From positions 1 to 64,000 of IMG/VR virus record IMGVR_UViG_3300025000_000063: 64,000 nt of DNA, one strand, 5' to 3'. The stretch's first letter is position 1. Each line of letters begins with the position of its first letter. This document shows, piece by piece, positions 34,134 through 42,167 of this stretch. Source of the DNA: a virus. Lineage: Duplodnaviria > Heunggongvirae > Uroviricota > Caudoviricetes. The position numbers and the translations under genes were made by a program. A model generated the notes under the pieces. The model did no database searches and was not told where the DNA came from. It saw only the letters and a program-made list of their open reading frames with translations.

Positions 34134-34366
34134 TGAAAACTCCAAAAGAAAAATACATGCACGATCCAGAATACCATCATCTGGTTAATACTCTGGAACA
34201 GCTTATCGAGCAAGCCAGATTTACTCCGTCTGAACTGAGAGAGGCTTGTATTCTTGCAAGCATCAATTATGAAATGAGACATGTCAGGGATCAGCATATT
34301 GACCCAAGAGTTGAAGACGCTTTCAGGATATTGGATATGTTTTTTATTAATAAGAAAGGGAGGTGA
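34130..34366 (+). CDS. small protein (78 aa) with the same repeated RBS/start block
   Basis: GAAAGGAAGGTGAATGATGAAAAC at 34117. Confidence 0.45.
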   Translation: MMKTPKEKYMHDPEYHHLVNTLEQLIEQARFTPSELREACILASINYEMRHVRDQHIDPRVEDAFRILDMFFINKKGR

Positions 34367-35011
34367 ATGATGGAAAAATGCTGTAAGAAATGTAAGAATA
34401 CACGATGGCATAACGAAATCCCTTGCCCTGTTATTGGGTGTTTTGATTATAAATATTTTGACCCTATAGATCAGCCATTTGTCCAGGAACACTTCTCCGG
34501 GCTTAACGTTGATGAAGCTGAGAAGCTAATTGGAAAAAAGGTTGAGTTTTCGGATCAGGGAATTCAATGGGTTACAAGCATCCTTTTAAGAATACAATCT
34601 GGAACTGCTTTTAGGTACTTAAGTGAAAATAATAGGAGCTATATTTACATCCGCACCACGCCAGAAACATTCAAGCCGGAAAAACCATCCATCTTGTCAG
34701 CCCTGGAAATGTCGTGGTTACAGTGGAAAATTATGGCTATGACGGGGGAAGGTAAAAAAGAAGTATATGAGTTTTTGGGAGGTAACCCTAAGTCTGGCCG
34801 CTTTTATTCTTGTTTTTTATGTGATTTTACAGAGCATAACGGCGGTATTTCTGGCTGTGATAGATGCCTGGATTGGGCAGGCAGCAATGGTACATGTACC
34901 GATTCAGGCTCTGTTTTCAACACTTGGAAGAAAAACCCAACCCCCGAAAACGCCCAAGCCGTGGCTGATTTTTTGCATAAAAAATATATTGAATTGTCGA
35001 AGGAGGAATAA
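34367..35011 (+). CDS. Cys-rich protein, paralog 2 (MMEKCCKKCKNTRW), 214 aa
   Basis: GAAAGGGAGGTGAATGATGGAAAAATG at 34355. Confidence 0.45.
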   Translation: MMEKCCKKCKNTRWHNEIPCPVIGCFDYKYFDPIDQPFVQEHFSGLNVDEAEKLIGKKVEFSDQGIQWVTSILLRIQSGTAFRYLSENNRSYIYIRTTPETFKPEKPSILSALEMSWLQWKIMAMTGEGKKEVYEFLGGNPKSGRFYSCFLCDFTEHNGGISGCDRCLDWAGSNGTCTDSGSVFNTWKKNPTPENAQAVADFLHKKYIELSKEE

Positions 35012-35302
35012 ATGACACAAAAATTTAAAATAGGCGAAACAGTCTTTTGGGCCTCACAGTCAAACGGTTCTTTAAAGGTTAAAACCGGCAAAATTGTTCA
35101 CATTTTAAAACGTGACATGGGGAATTGGAAATCAAATCCATGTCATATTGCGGATAGGCTTTTCCCAAATCACAAACGGATGTTCGACGGCTTCCAGATC
35201 CCTGGAGGAGCAGAAATAGGCTGTCTTGTTGAAGTCTTGCCGGAAGGCAAGGGCAAGCCAAGGCTGTATATGCCGAGACCGAATCAATTAAGAAGTTTAT
35301 GA
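35012..35302 (+). CDS. hypothetical protein (96 aa)
   Basis: ORF. Confidence 0.4.
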   Translation: MTQKFKIGETVFWASQSNGSLKVKTGKIVHILKRDMGNWKSNPCHIADRLFPNHKRMFDGFQIPGGAEIGCLVEVLPEGKGKPRLYMPRPNQLRSL

Positions 35303-35520
35303 TGAAAACATTTGAACAATTAATATCTGAATGCCCTTGGTATCACAAGAGAGTGCATTATGAGTGCGCTGCGAATGATTTCGATCCTGTTTGTTACGAA
35401 GCGAACTGTGCACCATATTACTTTTACCGCATGGCGTTACAATCTGATTCGTACGGAATGCCGGGCAATGACAATCTGATTGTCAAAGACATGAACGGAA
35501 CAGTAATAGAACCAGGGTAA
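35299..35520 (+). CDS. hypothetical protein (73 aa)
   Basis: ORF. Confidence 0.4.
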   Translation: MMKTFEQLISECPWYHKRVHYECAANDFDPVCYEANCAPYYFYRMALQSDSYGMPGNDNLIVKDMNGTVIEPG

Positions 35521-35593
35521 ACCGTATGTCAATTGCATTTCGGTTATTGCCCTCACTGCGTTAACGGAGAATGTGAATTGGAGGAAAAATAAA

Positions 35594-35905
35594 ATGAATA
35601 CAGCGACATGCCCGTATTGTGAAAATGAATGTGATATGGATTCTTTTGAAAACGATTGTGCCGAATTGGATTGGGAATGTGAACATTGCGGGAAGGAGTT
35701 CCAGATTGAAGTTGAGTATGATCCTTATTTCCATGCCAGTAAAATCATAATTAAAACCTGCCAGGCTTGCAATAAAAAAACCAGAGAATTCGGAGAGAAG
35801 GGAAAGAGGTATCCATTTCCAAAGACCCCATACGAAACACTTTGTGACGCATGCTATGCCAAAATGATGTTTGTTGAAATAGCCGCAAATAAAAAGGAAA
35901 AATAA
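35594..35905 (+). CDS. zinc-ribbon protein (CPYC...CEHC...C..C)
   Basis: GGAGGAAAAATAAAATG RBS. Four CxxC pairs. Confidence 0.45.
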   Translation: MNTATCPYCENECDMDSFENDCAELDWECEHCGKEFQIEVEYDPYFHASKIIIKTCQACNKKTREFGEKGKRYPFPKTPYETLCDACYAKMMFVEIAANKKEK

Positions 35906-36232
35906 ATGTCATCATCAATAGAAGAAATTAAAAAGACTGGGGAATTCACCTGGGGCAAGCTGGTGGCCTGGCATGAGATAGGGCCGTATACGCTGCTTGA
36001 ATATCATCCCCATAAATTTAAGGATAACCGGGCAATTCACAACGAGTATACAGACGAGGTATCATTCCACGGTTGGATAGACGGAAAGGATATCCATGAA
36101 TCCTGGCCCACGTTGGAAACTGGAATAATCGGCCTGATATGTAAAAAACATAGCGGTGGTTCTGCTTTGGAATATTTCTTTTGCAGGGGCATCCAGGCAC
36201 CGCTGTATGATGGGAAGGAGATAAAAGAATGA
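35906..36232 (+). CDS. hypothetical protein (108 aa)
   Basis: ORF. Confidence 0.4.
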   Translation: MSSSIEEIKKTGEFTWGKLVAWHEIGPYTLLEYHPHKFKDNRAIHNEYTDEVSFHGWIDGKDIHESWPTLETGIIGLICKKHSGGSALEYFFCRGIQAPLYDGKEIKE

Positions 36233-36606
36233 GGACGATAAAATTCAGACAGTGGGATTCTGTGTCAAGAACAATGATGTCTGGCTTCGGAGCCACATTC
36301 CCCAGCGGATGGTCAGGATTCCCGAAGGTATCGTGGGAAAGATACCCGATCATGCAATTTACCGGCCTGAAAGATAAAAACGGGAAAGATATTTATGAGG
36401 GAGATATTATCTCTCTGTCTTGTGGGTGCTGCCTTTACGAGGTTGTTTGGGATGAAAAAAAATTGTGCTGGTGGCCTGTGGATGACAGTTTTTCACAGGT
36501 TCACGGCTTAGATGGCTTCGATGTTTGGACGCATAGAATTGAGGTTGTCGGGAATGTTTATGAAAACCCTGAAATGGCTATCCGTTTTGAGGGGGTGAAA
36601 GAATGA
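36229..36606 (+). CDS. hypothetical protein (125 aa)
   Basis: ORF. Confidence 0.4.
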   Translation: MRTIKFRQWDSVSRTMMSGFGATFPSGWSGFPKVSWERYPIMQFTGLKDKNGKDIYEGDIISLSCGCCLYEVVWDEKKLCWWPVDDSFSQVHGLDGFDVWTHRIEVVGNVYENPEMAIRFEGVKE

Positions 36607-36959
36607 GACCAAAACCAAAAGTAGGCCAGATACTTTATAGCCTGAACGTAGGCAATGCAGCCAGGCACACTGAACAAAAATTAACCCCTGTTGTGGTCAA
36701 AAAGGTTGGCCGTAAATATTTTAAAGCTGGTCAAGATGGCAACAATTGGTCAGACAGGGAGTATTCTATAGACAGTTGGGAAGAAAGCAGCAACTATTTT
36801 CCGACTTCTATGCTTTATGAAACCGAACAAGAATGGCTCGATGAGAAAGAAAAAGCAGAGCTATTCGTTTTGATCCGAAATAGATTCGGCTGGGGTGCTG
36901 AAAAGAAAATCACCCTTGAAAAACTTAGGGCCATTAAAAAAATATTGGAGAGAGAATGA
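36603..36959 (+). CDS. hypothetical protein (118 aa)
   Basis: ORF. Confidence 0.4.
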   Translation: MRPKPKVGQILYSLNVGNAARHTEQKLTPVVVKKVGRKYFKAGQDGNNWSDREYSIDSWEESSNYFPTSMLYETEQEWLDEKEKAELFVLIRNRFGWGAEKKITLEKLRAIKKILERE

Positions 36960-37261
36960 AACAATACAAATTTTTCTGTGATGGTCATAACGCACCAGCA
37001 TATAGCTGTGATACACCGGGGGACAATTCAGGGGTATATTATAAAAAAGAAGATGTGGATAAACTGTCAATAGAAATAATAAATATTCAGGTTGACAACA
37101 CTGCGGAAAACCTGGTTATTGATACCGGCAAGAGGGCTTATGCCCTTGGTAGGATATTAAGTCAAATAATTAAGCTAGCATATCAATTAGGCCACCGAGA
37201 TGCAAGACACACCGCTGCGGAACTGGTATTCATAAAGGAGAGAGAAAATGAAAAGGGATGA
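36956..37261 (+). CDS. hypothetical protein (101 aa)
   Basis: ORF. Confidence 0.4.
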   Translation: MKQYKFFCDGHNAPAYSCDTPGDNSGVYYKKEDVDKLSIEIINIQVDNTAENLVIDTGKRAYALGRILSQIIKLAYQLGHRDARHTAAELVFIKERENEKG

Positions 37262-37496
37262 GCATGATTATTGGGATAGCTTGACTGCCGAACAAAAAGA
37301 AAAACATTTACTGGAAAAAGAGAAGGAATTAGGGCTTCCTGAAGGATGTATTAAGCTGTGTCAGCCCTATTTTGAAAGACGCCAGGGCAAAAACATCCAA
37401 GGAATAGAAAGAATAGAAAAACATAGATACTCTTTCTTCCATAAATGCTCAAGCCCTTATTATGCAGTCCCAGGAGGAGAAAATAAAGATGAATAA
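37248..37496 (+). CDS. hypothetical protein (82 aa)
   Basis: ORF. Confidence 0.4.
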   Translation: MKRDEHDYWDSLTAEQKEKHLLEKEKELGLPEGCIKLCQPYFERRQGKNIQGIERIEKHRYSFFHKCSSPYYAVPGGENKDE

Positions 37497-37749
37497 ACAT
37501 GATCCAGAATGGTTAAAACAAAGCGGTTGGTTCAAGTCATTAGAGAAAGACATTTTATTCCCTGAAAAAGCAATCCAGCTTTTAATTGAATCAGATTTTA
37601 AGGTTGAGATTTATTCATCCGATGAGGCGGAAACGCCTCAATGGGTCATCTGCCCTGAAAGAGATCCGTCTTTTTGGCTCAATGCGTTTAAAACAGAACA
37701 GGGGGCCCGGAACTTCTGCCGGGAAATGGAATGGGATATTGTGGAATGA
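37462..37749 (+). CDS. hypothetical protein (95 aa), last gene of the rightward operon
   Basis: ORF. Confidence 0.4.
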   Translation: MQSQEEKIKMNKHDPEWLKQSGWFKSLEKDILFPEKAIQLLIESDFKVEIYSSDEAETPQWVICPERDPSFWLNAFKTEQGARNFCREMEWDIVE

Positions 37750-37751
37750 AA

Positions 37752-37780
37752 TGCCCCCGGCTGGACTCGAACCAGCGCGT
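37752..37780 (-). other. tRNA-like 3' fragment: T-arm (GCTGG-TTCGAGT-CCAGC) + acceptor 3' strand CGGGGGC + discriminator A. No matching 5' acceptor strand was found.
   Basis: Reverse complement of 37752-37776. A cloverleaf could not be completed by hand. Confidence 0.35.
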
Positions 37781-38040
37781 GAAGCTTGACCATCCGATTG
37801 GACCACTGGGGTTAATACCATTCATCATGAACTGAAGGAGCTTTCCTTTCTTGTATCGTAAGCCTTTCACAAGCATACGTCAAAACTGACCGTCTTGGAT
37901 TTTTGCATGATTGACAAGAGCAAACAGTATTGTTTTTTCTCAGTGATCCGATAGATGGAGTGCCCCAAATTTTCCGGCACAATCTTTTCTTAGCTATCAG
38001 ATTCGCTTTTTGAAGCCTTAAATAATTCATGATTTTTAAC

Positions 38041-38070
38041 GGCCTTGGTCGGGAATCGAACCCGGCATGG
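38041..38070 (-). other. second tRNA-like T-arm/acceptor fragment (GGG-TTCGATT-CCC core) next to an 8 bp-stem hairpin (GGCTTGTC...GACAAGCC)
   Basis: Reverse complement of 38041-38125. No full cloverleaf was found. Confidence 0.3.
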
Positions 38071-38196
38071 CTTGTCTGCTGAGAGTACCTCTTTCGACTG
38101 AGGACAAGCCCAGTACTCACATGACCAACTGTTTTTAAAATGCTGGTTACGTTTCCGGCGCTGATGTTTTTGGCAGAGCAGCCGATTTGTGTAGAG

Positions 38197-38243
38197 CCGC
38201 ATCTTGAAGCCAGTTTTTACAGACAAATCAAGATGCGGCCCAT
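38197..38243. other. strong hairpin (12 bp perfect stem GCCGCATCTTGA / TCAAGATGCGGC, 20 nt loop) in the noncoding region
   Basis: Seen directly. No U-tract follows on either strand. Confidence 0.4.
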
Positions 38244-38421
38244 TCCAACTCCTTAAGCGTTCTCAAGGCGATATCCGATCTGGATCTACTGGTGCGCTTG
38301 TGTAAACCGGCTTTGAACCCGATGACAGAGGCGAGTATGGTTTATTATCCATACCAAAGCTGTTTGATTATGTCAAGCTATTTTTGCATAAAAAATCAAT
38401 GCAAATGTTTAAATCGATAAA

Positions 38422-39288
38422 CTATCTCGCCCGTTCGGCATCGTATTTTATACAGTGGTCTGTCCGGCTGTACCAGAAATTAAGCCATGTTGCGCCCTTG
38501 ACTTTAGGCGAAAGCCCTTTTTCAACAGCGAATCCGGCGCTCTGATTCGTGGTTTCATCTTTATATGATGGCACCGAACAATGAATCTGTTCATCAATAG
38601 AAAGCGTTCCTTGGGCCGATATCCGTTCCCTCGGGACCGGGACTATCCATGTGTCATGAGAATGACCCGATAGGATTATATGGGCGTCCGGATGCGTCAC
38701 GGCCCGGCGATTAGTGTTTATGACGCCTTTTGTAACAGGTGAGTTACCACCCGATCCGTGAATGTAACGGATATTCACAGACTGCCTTGCTCCGTTTGCC
38801 CCCTTATATTCAAACTGGACCTTTAACCAGCCAGCATACCCGCCCAAAATAACCGGAGAGCCTTCTTTGTTTAGACGGCTCACAAGCCTTTTTAGAAGGT
38901 TTGTTTCAGAATGTTTCAGCACAGACGTTTCATGATTGCCGAGGCAAAACAGCATAAGATTATCTTTATACGGTGATATGAACTCAAACCCATAATCCAC
39001 CAAGCTATCAAAATATTCCTCTTTGTCACTGACTTCCGGACGCTGGACCCGGCTTCGTCTGTTGTCGTTTCTGCCAGCCATTGAATCAAAGAAATCCCCT
39101 AAGTCAATAACAGGCCAGCCGTTGACCTTGGCGATATCCAGATGCTTTTTTTGCAAGGTAACATCTGAATAGAGGCTGTCTACATGTCTGTCGGACGTTA
39201 CAAGGATTCTGAATTTCCAATTGTTCGCTTGCCTGTACTGTATTTTTAGCTTTGCAACAACTCCTGAAACAGATTCTATTTGCCACAT
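38422..39288 (-). CDS. calcineurin-like metallophosphoesterase
   Basis: DRH/GDFFD, GNHE and GHSHD motifs are present. Confidence 0.6.
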   Translation of the reverse strand: MWQIESVSGVVAKLKIQYRQANNWKFRILVTSDRHVDSLYSDVTLQKKHLDIAKVNGWPVIDLGDFFDSMAGRNDNRRSRVQRPEVSDKEEYFDSLVDYGFEFISPYKDNLMLFCLGNHETSVLKHSETNLLKRLVSRLNKEGSPVILGGYAGWLKVQFEYKGANGARQSVNIRYIHGSGGNSPVTKGVINTNRRAVTHPDAHIILSGHSHDTWIVPVPRERISAQGTLSIDEQIHCSVPSYKDETTNQSAGFAVEKGLSPKVKGATWLNFWYSRTDHCIKYDAERAR

Positions 39289-39307
39289 GAAAGACCTTTT
39301 TTAAAAG

Positions 39308-39673
39308 TTAATAATTACAACCGACACCTAAAAAAGCTCCTACTCTAACTCCAAGATACCCGACTTTTTTTGTAATCCACCACGATGTCATACCGACATC
39401 ATTTTCAAATTCTTTATCTGCCCATGCTCTTTCTTCTTTGGTTTTAGCATTGTCGCATCTCCAATCATGGCGGCAAGAAGCAATAGGGTGATTGTGCTTA
39501 GGGAAGGCCCATCTCAAAAGTAAGGGAGTAGAATTCCCATTCCAAACATAATCAAAAGGAACATAGCCATCAGAACCATCATAATTCTTGCAATATAATG
39601 GCGCTGTTAATGCCCTGAGATCATCTGTGCCAAGGACGTTGCGCATGAATATTATTGTTCCAGAATGCGCCAT
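39308..39673 (-). CDS. hypothetical protein (121 aa), possibly DUF1353-like
   Basis: DGSDGYVPFD and CRHDWRCD resemble the DGAS.P / HD..Y pattern. This is a weak match. Confidence 0.3.
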   Translation of the reverse strand: MAHSGTIIFMRNVLGTDDLRALTAPLYCKNYDGSDGYVPFDYVWNGNSTPLLLRWAFPKHNHPIASCRHDWRCDNAKTKEERAWADKEFENDVGMTSWWITKKVGYLGVRVGAFLGVGCNY

Positions 39674-39915
39674 TATTTTCTTTGCTCCTTCACAATTGTA
39701 GCAAGTTCGTTTACCAAGGCTTCATACATGGCTCTAAGTTCTGGAACTTGCTCCGGATCATTGACTGACACTCCGGTGGCAAGTTCGTTTCCGGCTTTAT
39801 CCTTGACTGTCATAAAAAATCCGTTATCGGTCTTGCCCTGGAATCCGGCAAAATCAGCCACACATCCCGTCATTAAAAACATTGCCGTGATTAAAATCAA
39901 AAATAGCTTTTTCAT
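39673..39915 (-). CDS. lipoprotein (signal peptide + lipobox LMTGC). Candidate spanin-like lysis component.
   Basis: MKKLFLILITAMFLMTGC. Confidence 0.45.
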   Translation of the reverse strand: MKKLFLILITAMFLMTGCVADFAGFQGKTDNGFFMTVKDKAGNELATGVSVNDPEQVPELRAMYEALVNELATIVKEQRK

Positions 39916-40075
39916 TTAAATCCTCTCTAATCAGTTCTTGTAAATCGTCCATCCATCCAGGCAGGCCAGTATGCTCATTCACCCACCCAACCCTGCACCA
40001 ACAATTCACAATCCCGAAGTTTTTACGGTCTGCTGTGATTAAATTGCCGTTGCAGTTCGGGCAGGTGATAAACAT
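39854..40075 (-). CDS. small Cys-rich protein (CPNCNG...C.C)
   Basis: ORF overlapping its neighbours. Confidence 0.35.
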   Translation of the reverse strand: MFITCPNCNGNLITADRKNFGIVNCWCRVGWVNEHTGLPGWMDDLQELIREDLNEKAIFDFNHGNVFNDGMCG

Positions 40076-40076
40076 G

Positions 40077-40439
40077 TTATCCGCTTATCTGGAAATGAAT
40101 ATGGTCTTTCATTCTCGGCAGTCCATAGTCTTTCGAAACAGCTTGAGCAATCCCTATGCTTTCCCCTGCCTTAACGCTTTTCCCAACCAGCCATTTGTGC
40201 GGTTGGAAATAAAACATCTTACCCTTAGTTACCCCCTTAGTCCATGCTATGCCAGAAAGAGGGGAACCGGCTTTAGGGATAGCTTCTCGTTCTATTATAA
40301 GATCGAATGGAGCAACGATCATTTGATTCTCGTCGCACAGATAGTCAATGCCGTTATGGAGCCGGTTACCTCTGGGTGCACCGTATTCCCCTGAGCCTTC
40401 TTCATCATTCCTAATGCCCTTACCTGTCGGTGATATCAT
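40077..40439 (-). CDS. M23-family zinc metallopeptidase (putative endolysin / lysis enzyme)
   Basis: RLHNGIDY (HxxxD) and DHIHFQI (HxH) are the M23 zinc-binding motifs. Confidence 0.6.
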   Translation of the reverse strand: MISPTGKGIRNDEEGSGEYGAPRGNRLHNGIDYLCDENQMIVAPFDLIIEREAIPKAGSPLSGIAWTKGVTKGKMFYFQPHKWLVGKSVKAGESIGIAQAVSKDYGLPRMKDHIHFQISG

Positions 40440-40454
40440 AATCCCCCTTATCGT

Positions 40455-40724
40455 TTATTTAAACGGAGCCCAACCTTTAAAGAATGCAATAACCATACCC
40501 ACAGATATACTTATGGCTGAAAAAATAGCGATAACCGAATCTATCGTTTTGCGTTTCAATAAAAATTTTGTGTCTTTTTCAATAGCTTTAAACCGTTCAT
40601 TGCAGTTGATTGGGTGTTTATCAAGCTGCTCGATGATCCTTAAATTCATGACAAACAACATCCCAAGTTTTGTTTTAACCGGGGCATCATCAAAGACTTC
40701 TTTCGAATATTCGTTTATCGGCAT
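40455..40724 (-). CDS. small membrane protein with a C-terminal TM helix (holin candidate)
   Basis: IAIFSAISISVGMVIAFF. It is immediately upstream of the peptidase in transcription order. Confidence 0.35.
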   Translation of the reverse strand: MPINEYSKEVFDDAPVKTKLGMLFVMNLRIIEQLDKHPINCNERFKAIEKDTKFLLKRKTIDSVIAIFSAISISVGMVIAFFKGWAPFK

Positions 40725-40821
40725 TCGTAATTCCTTTTTATCTTATTATACAATACTACTATTCAAAATTTAAAAGTCCCGCATTTAGCCTTTCTACTCA
40801 GGGGGGGGCTCCTTTTTATAA

Positions 40822-41181
40822 TCAGCTCACAACATCCGTTTGCCCAACCAATTTATCAATTGTAAAAACACATTCTGCCGTGAGAGGTAAATCTGTTCCT
40901 GCGGACGAATCGTAAGCGGCTTGAAAAGAGATAACCCTATTTCCTGAGTCCCTGGAACCAAAAATAGCCAAGTCATCCCCACTGATAACCCAAGAAAGGC
41001 CTGTCAAAGCAGAAAGGGCAAATGTTCTGTCATTGACGACTGTCCCGTCAGTTTTCATAAGCTGCCATTGAGGATTAGTGAGTTGCCCAAAAGTCAAGGC
41101 AACTCCATCTTCATCCACAGGGACAATTGTCACAACAGCCGTGCCTTTTTCAGAAGGTCTTATACTGATAAAATCAGTCAT
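40822..41181 (-). CDS. structural/hypothetical protein (119 aa)
   Basis: ORF at the end of the tail module. Confidence 0.4.
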   Translation of the reverse strand: MTDFISIRPSEKGTAVVTIVPVDEDGVALTFGQLTNPQWQLMKTDGTVVNDRTFALSALTGLSWVISGDDLAIFGSRDSGNRVISFQAAYDSSAGTDLPLTAECVFTIDKLVGQTDVVS

Positions 41182-41584
41182 GGATTACTCCTTTTGTTAT
41201 CCTGGGATGGATATGCGCTTTAAATTCTTGTAAAAGAGATTCATACTTTTTTATCAACACCCCTGATTTAAAATCATAGTCCTCAAGATAACAGTTTTTA
41301 CCATCTGTCCATCCCGCAGTCCAGATACGGATGGCTTCGTACCTGTCAAATTTGCCGTATTTATATATAGGGTGCTGTCCACCCCACCGGAAAACCATAA
41401 AAAATTGAAAAGCGGGATTCTGGCAGGTAATGGAATGGGTGAATTGTTTCAGGTGGGTATCCACCCGGATAACTTTTTCCCACTCCACTTGTCGCCAATT
41501 CACTTTCCGGCTATCAGCGGTTTCCCCGGTGACCAGGTGGTACTCTTGCCACCTATCCCGATATTGTGAATCTAAGTGCATCAT
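41174..41584 (-). CDS. structural/hypothetical protein (136 aa)
   Basis: ORF. Confidence 0.4.
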   Translation of the reverse strand: MMHLDSQYRDRWQEYHLVTGETADSRKVNWRQVEWEKVIRVDTHLKQFTHSITCQNPAFQFFMVFRWGGQHPIYKYGKFDRYEAIRIWTAGWTDGKNCYLEDYDFKSGVLIKKYESLLQEFKAHIHPRITKGVIHD

Positions 41585-42156
41585 GAATAGCTGTACTTGA
41601 ATGAAAATTGCAGTTCGTAGCCAGCATCAGTGCCTTTGTATGTACCGGTTGTTTCACTGGCAGCAATTGCGGCGTACATGGCCCACATAACCACATCATC
41701 TGATGTTGTAGAAAGTACCATATCGGCCCCTTCATCTGTCGGCCATACGTTCTGTGCCGGTTCTGTTTCGGGCATAGTTGCCCAGGTGTAGCTACCCACG
41801 ACTGCGTTAGCGACATAATTTTGGGTGTTACTGGGCGATGCCTGATCCCCTCCGGATAAGGGTTGCATTTTAATTACCGACCCGGCCTGATCAAAACCGT
41901 TGCTGGACAACCAAAGTTTAAATGTCTCCACCTTGGTATTGCCTCCGTCAGCGGTCACGTCCCATAGGATCGTTTGAACACCTGAATTTGCGGCACCACC
42001 TGAAATATCGACGGTGCCAAAGTCAGCCTCATTGCCACTTCCCGTAGAGACAACCGCTTCACTTGCAATAGCTGCAAGTCTTTCCGCGGCAGTATCTAAA
42101 GCCGTTGTCGCGGTAGCCAACGGAATTTTCCTGAATCTTGTAGTCGGTTCTGCCAT
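41581..42156 (-). CDS. structural/hypothetical protein (191 aa, Ala/Thr/Gly-rich)
   Basis: ORF. Confidence 0.4.
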   Translation of the reverse strand: MAEPTTRFRKIPLATATTALDTAAERLAAIASEAVVSTGSGNEADFGTVDISGGAANSGVQTILWDVTADGGNTKVETFKLWLSSNGFDQAGSVIKMQPLSGGDQASPSNTQNYVANAVVGSYTWATMPETEPAQNVWPTDEGADMVLSTTSDDVVMWAMYAAIAASETTGTYKGTDAGYELQFSFKYSYS

Positions 42157-42167
42157 GTTTTTTCTCC

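Noticed and set aside
37752-38125. Calling two complete tRNA genes
   Set aside because: T-arm and 3' acceptor motifs are clear. But I could not pair a 5' acceptor strand or build the D and anticodon arms by hand for either element. They are reported only as tRNA-like fragments, pending tRNAscan-SE.
37586-38226. ORFs of 62-102 aa on both strands across the tRNA-like/hairpin region
   Set aside because: They overlap each other and structured RNA-like sequence. They are Arg/Ser/Pro-rich with no RBS and are likely noncoding.
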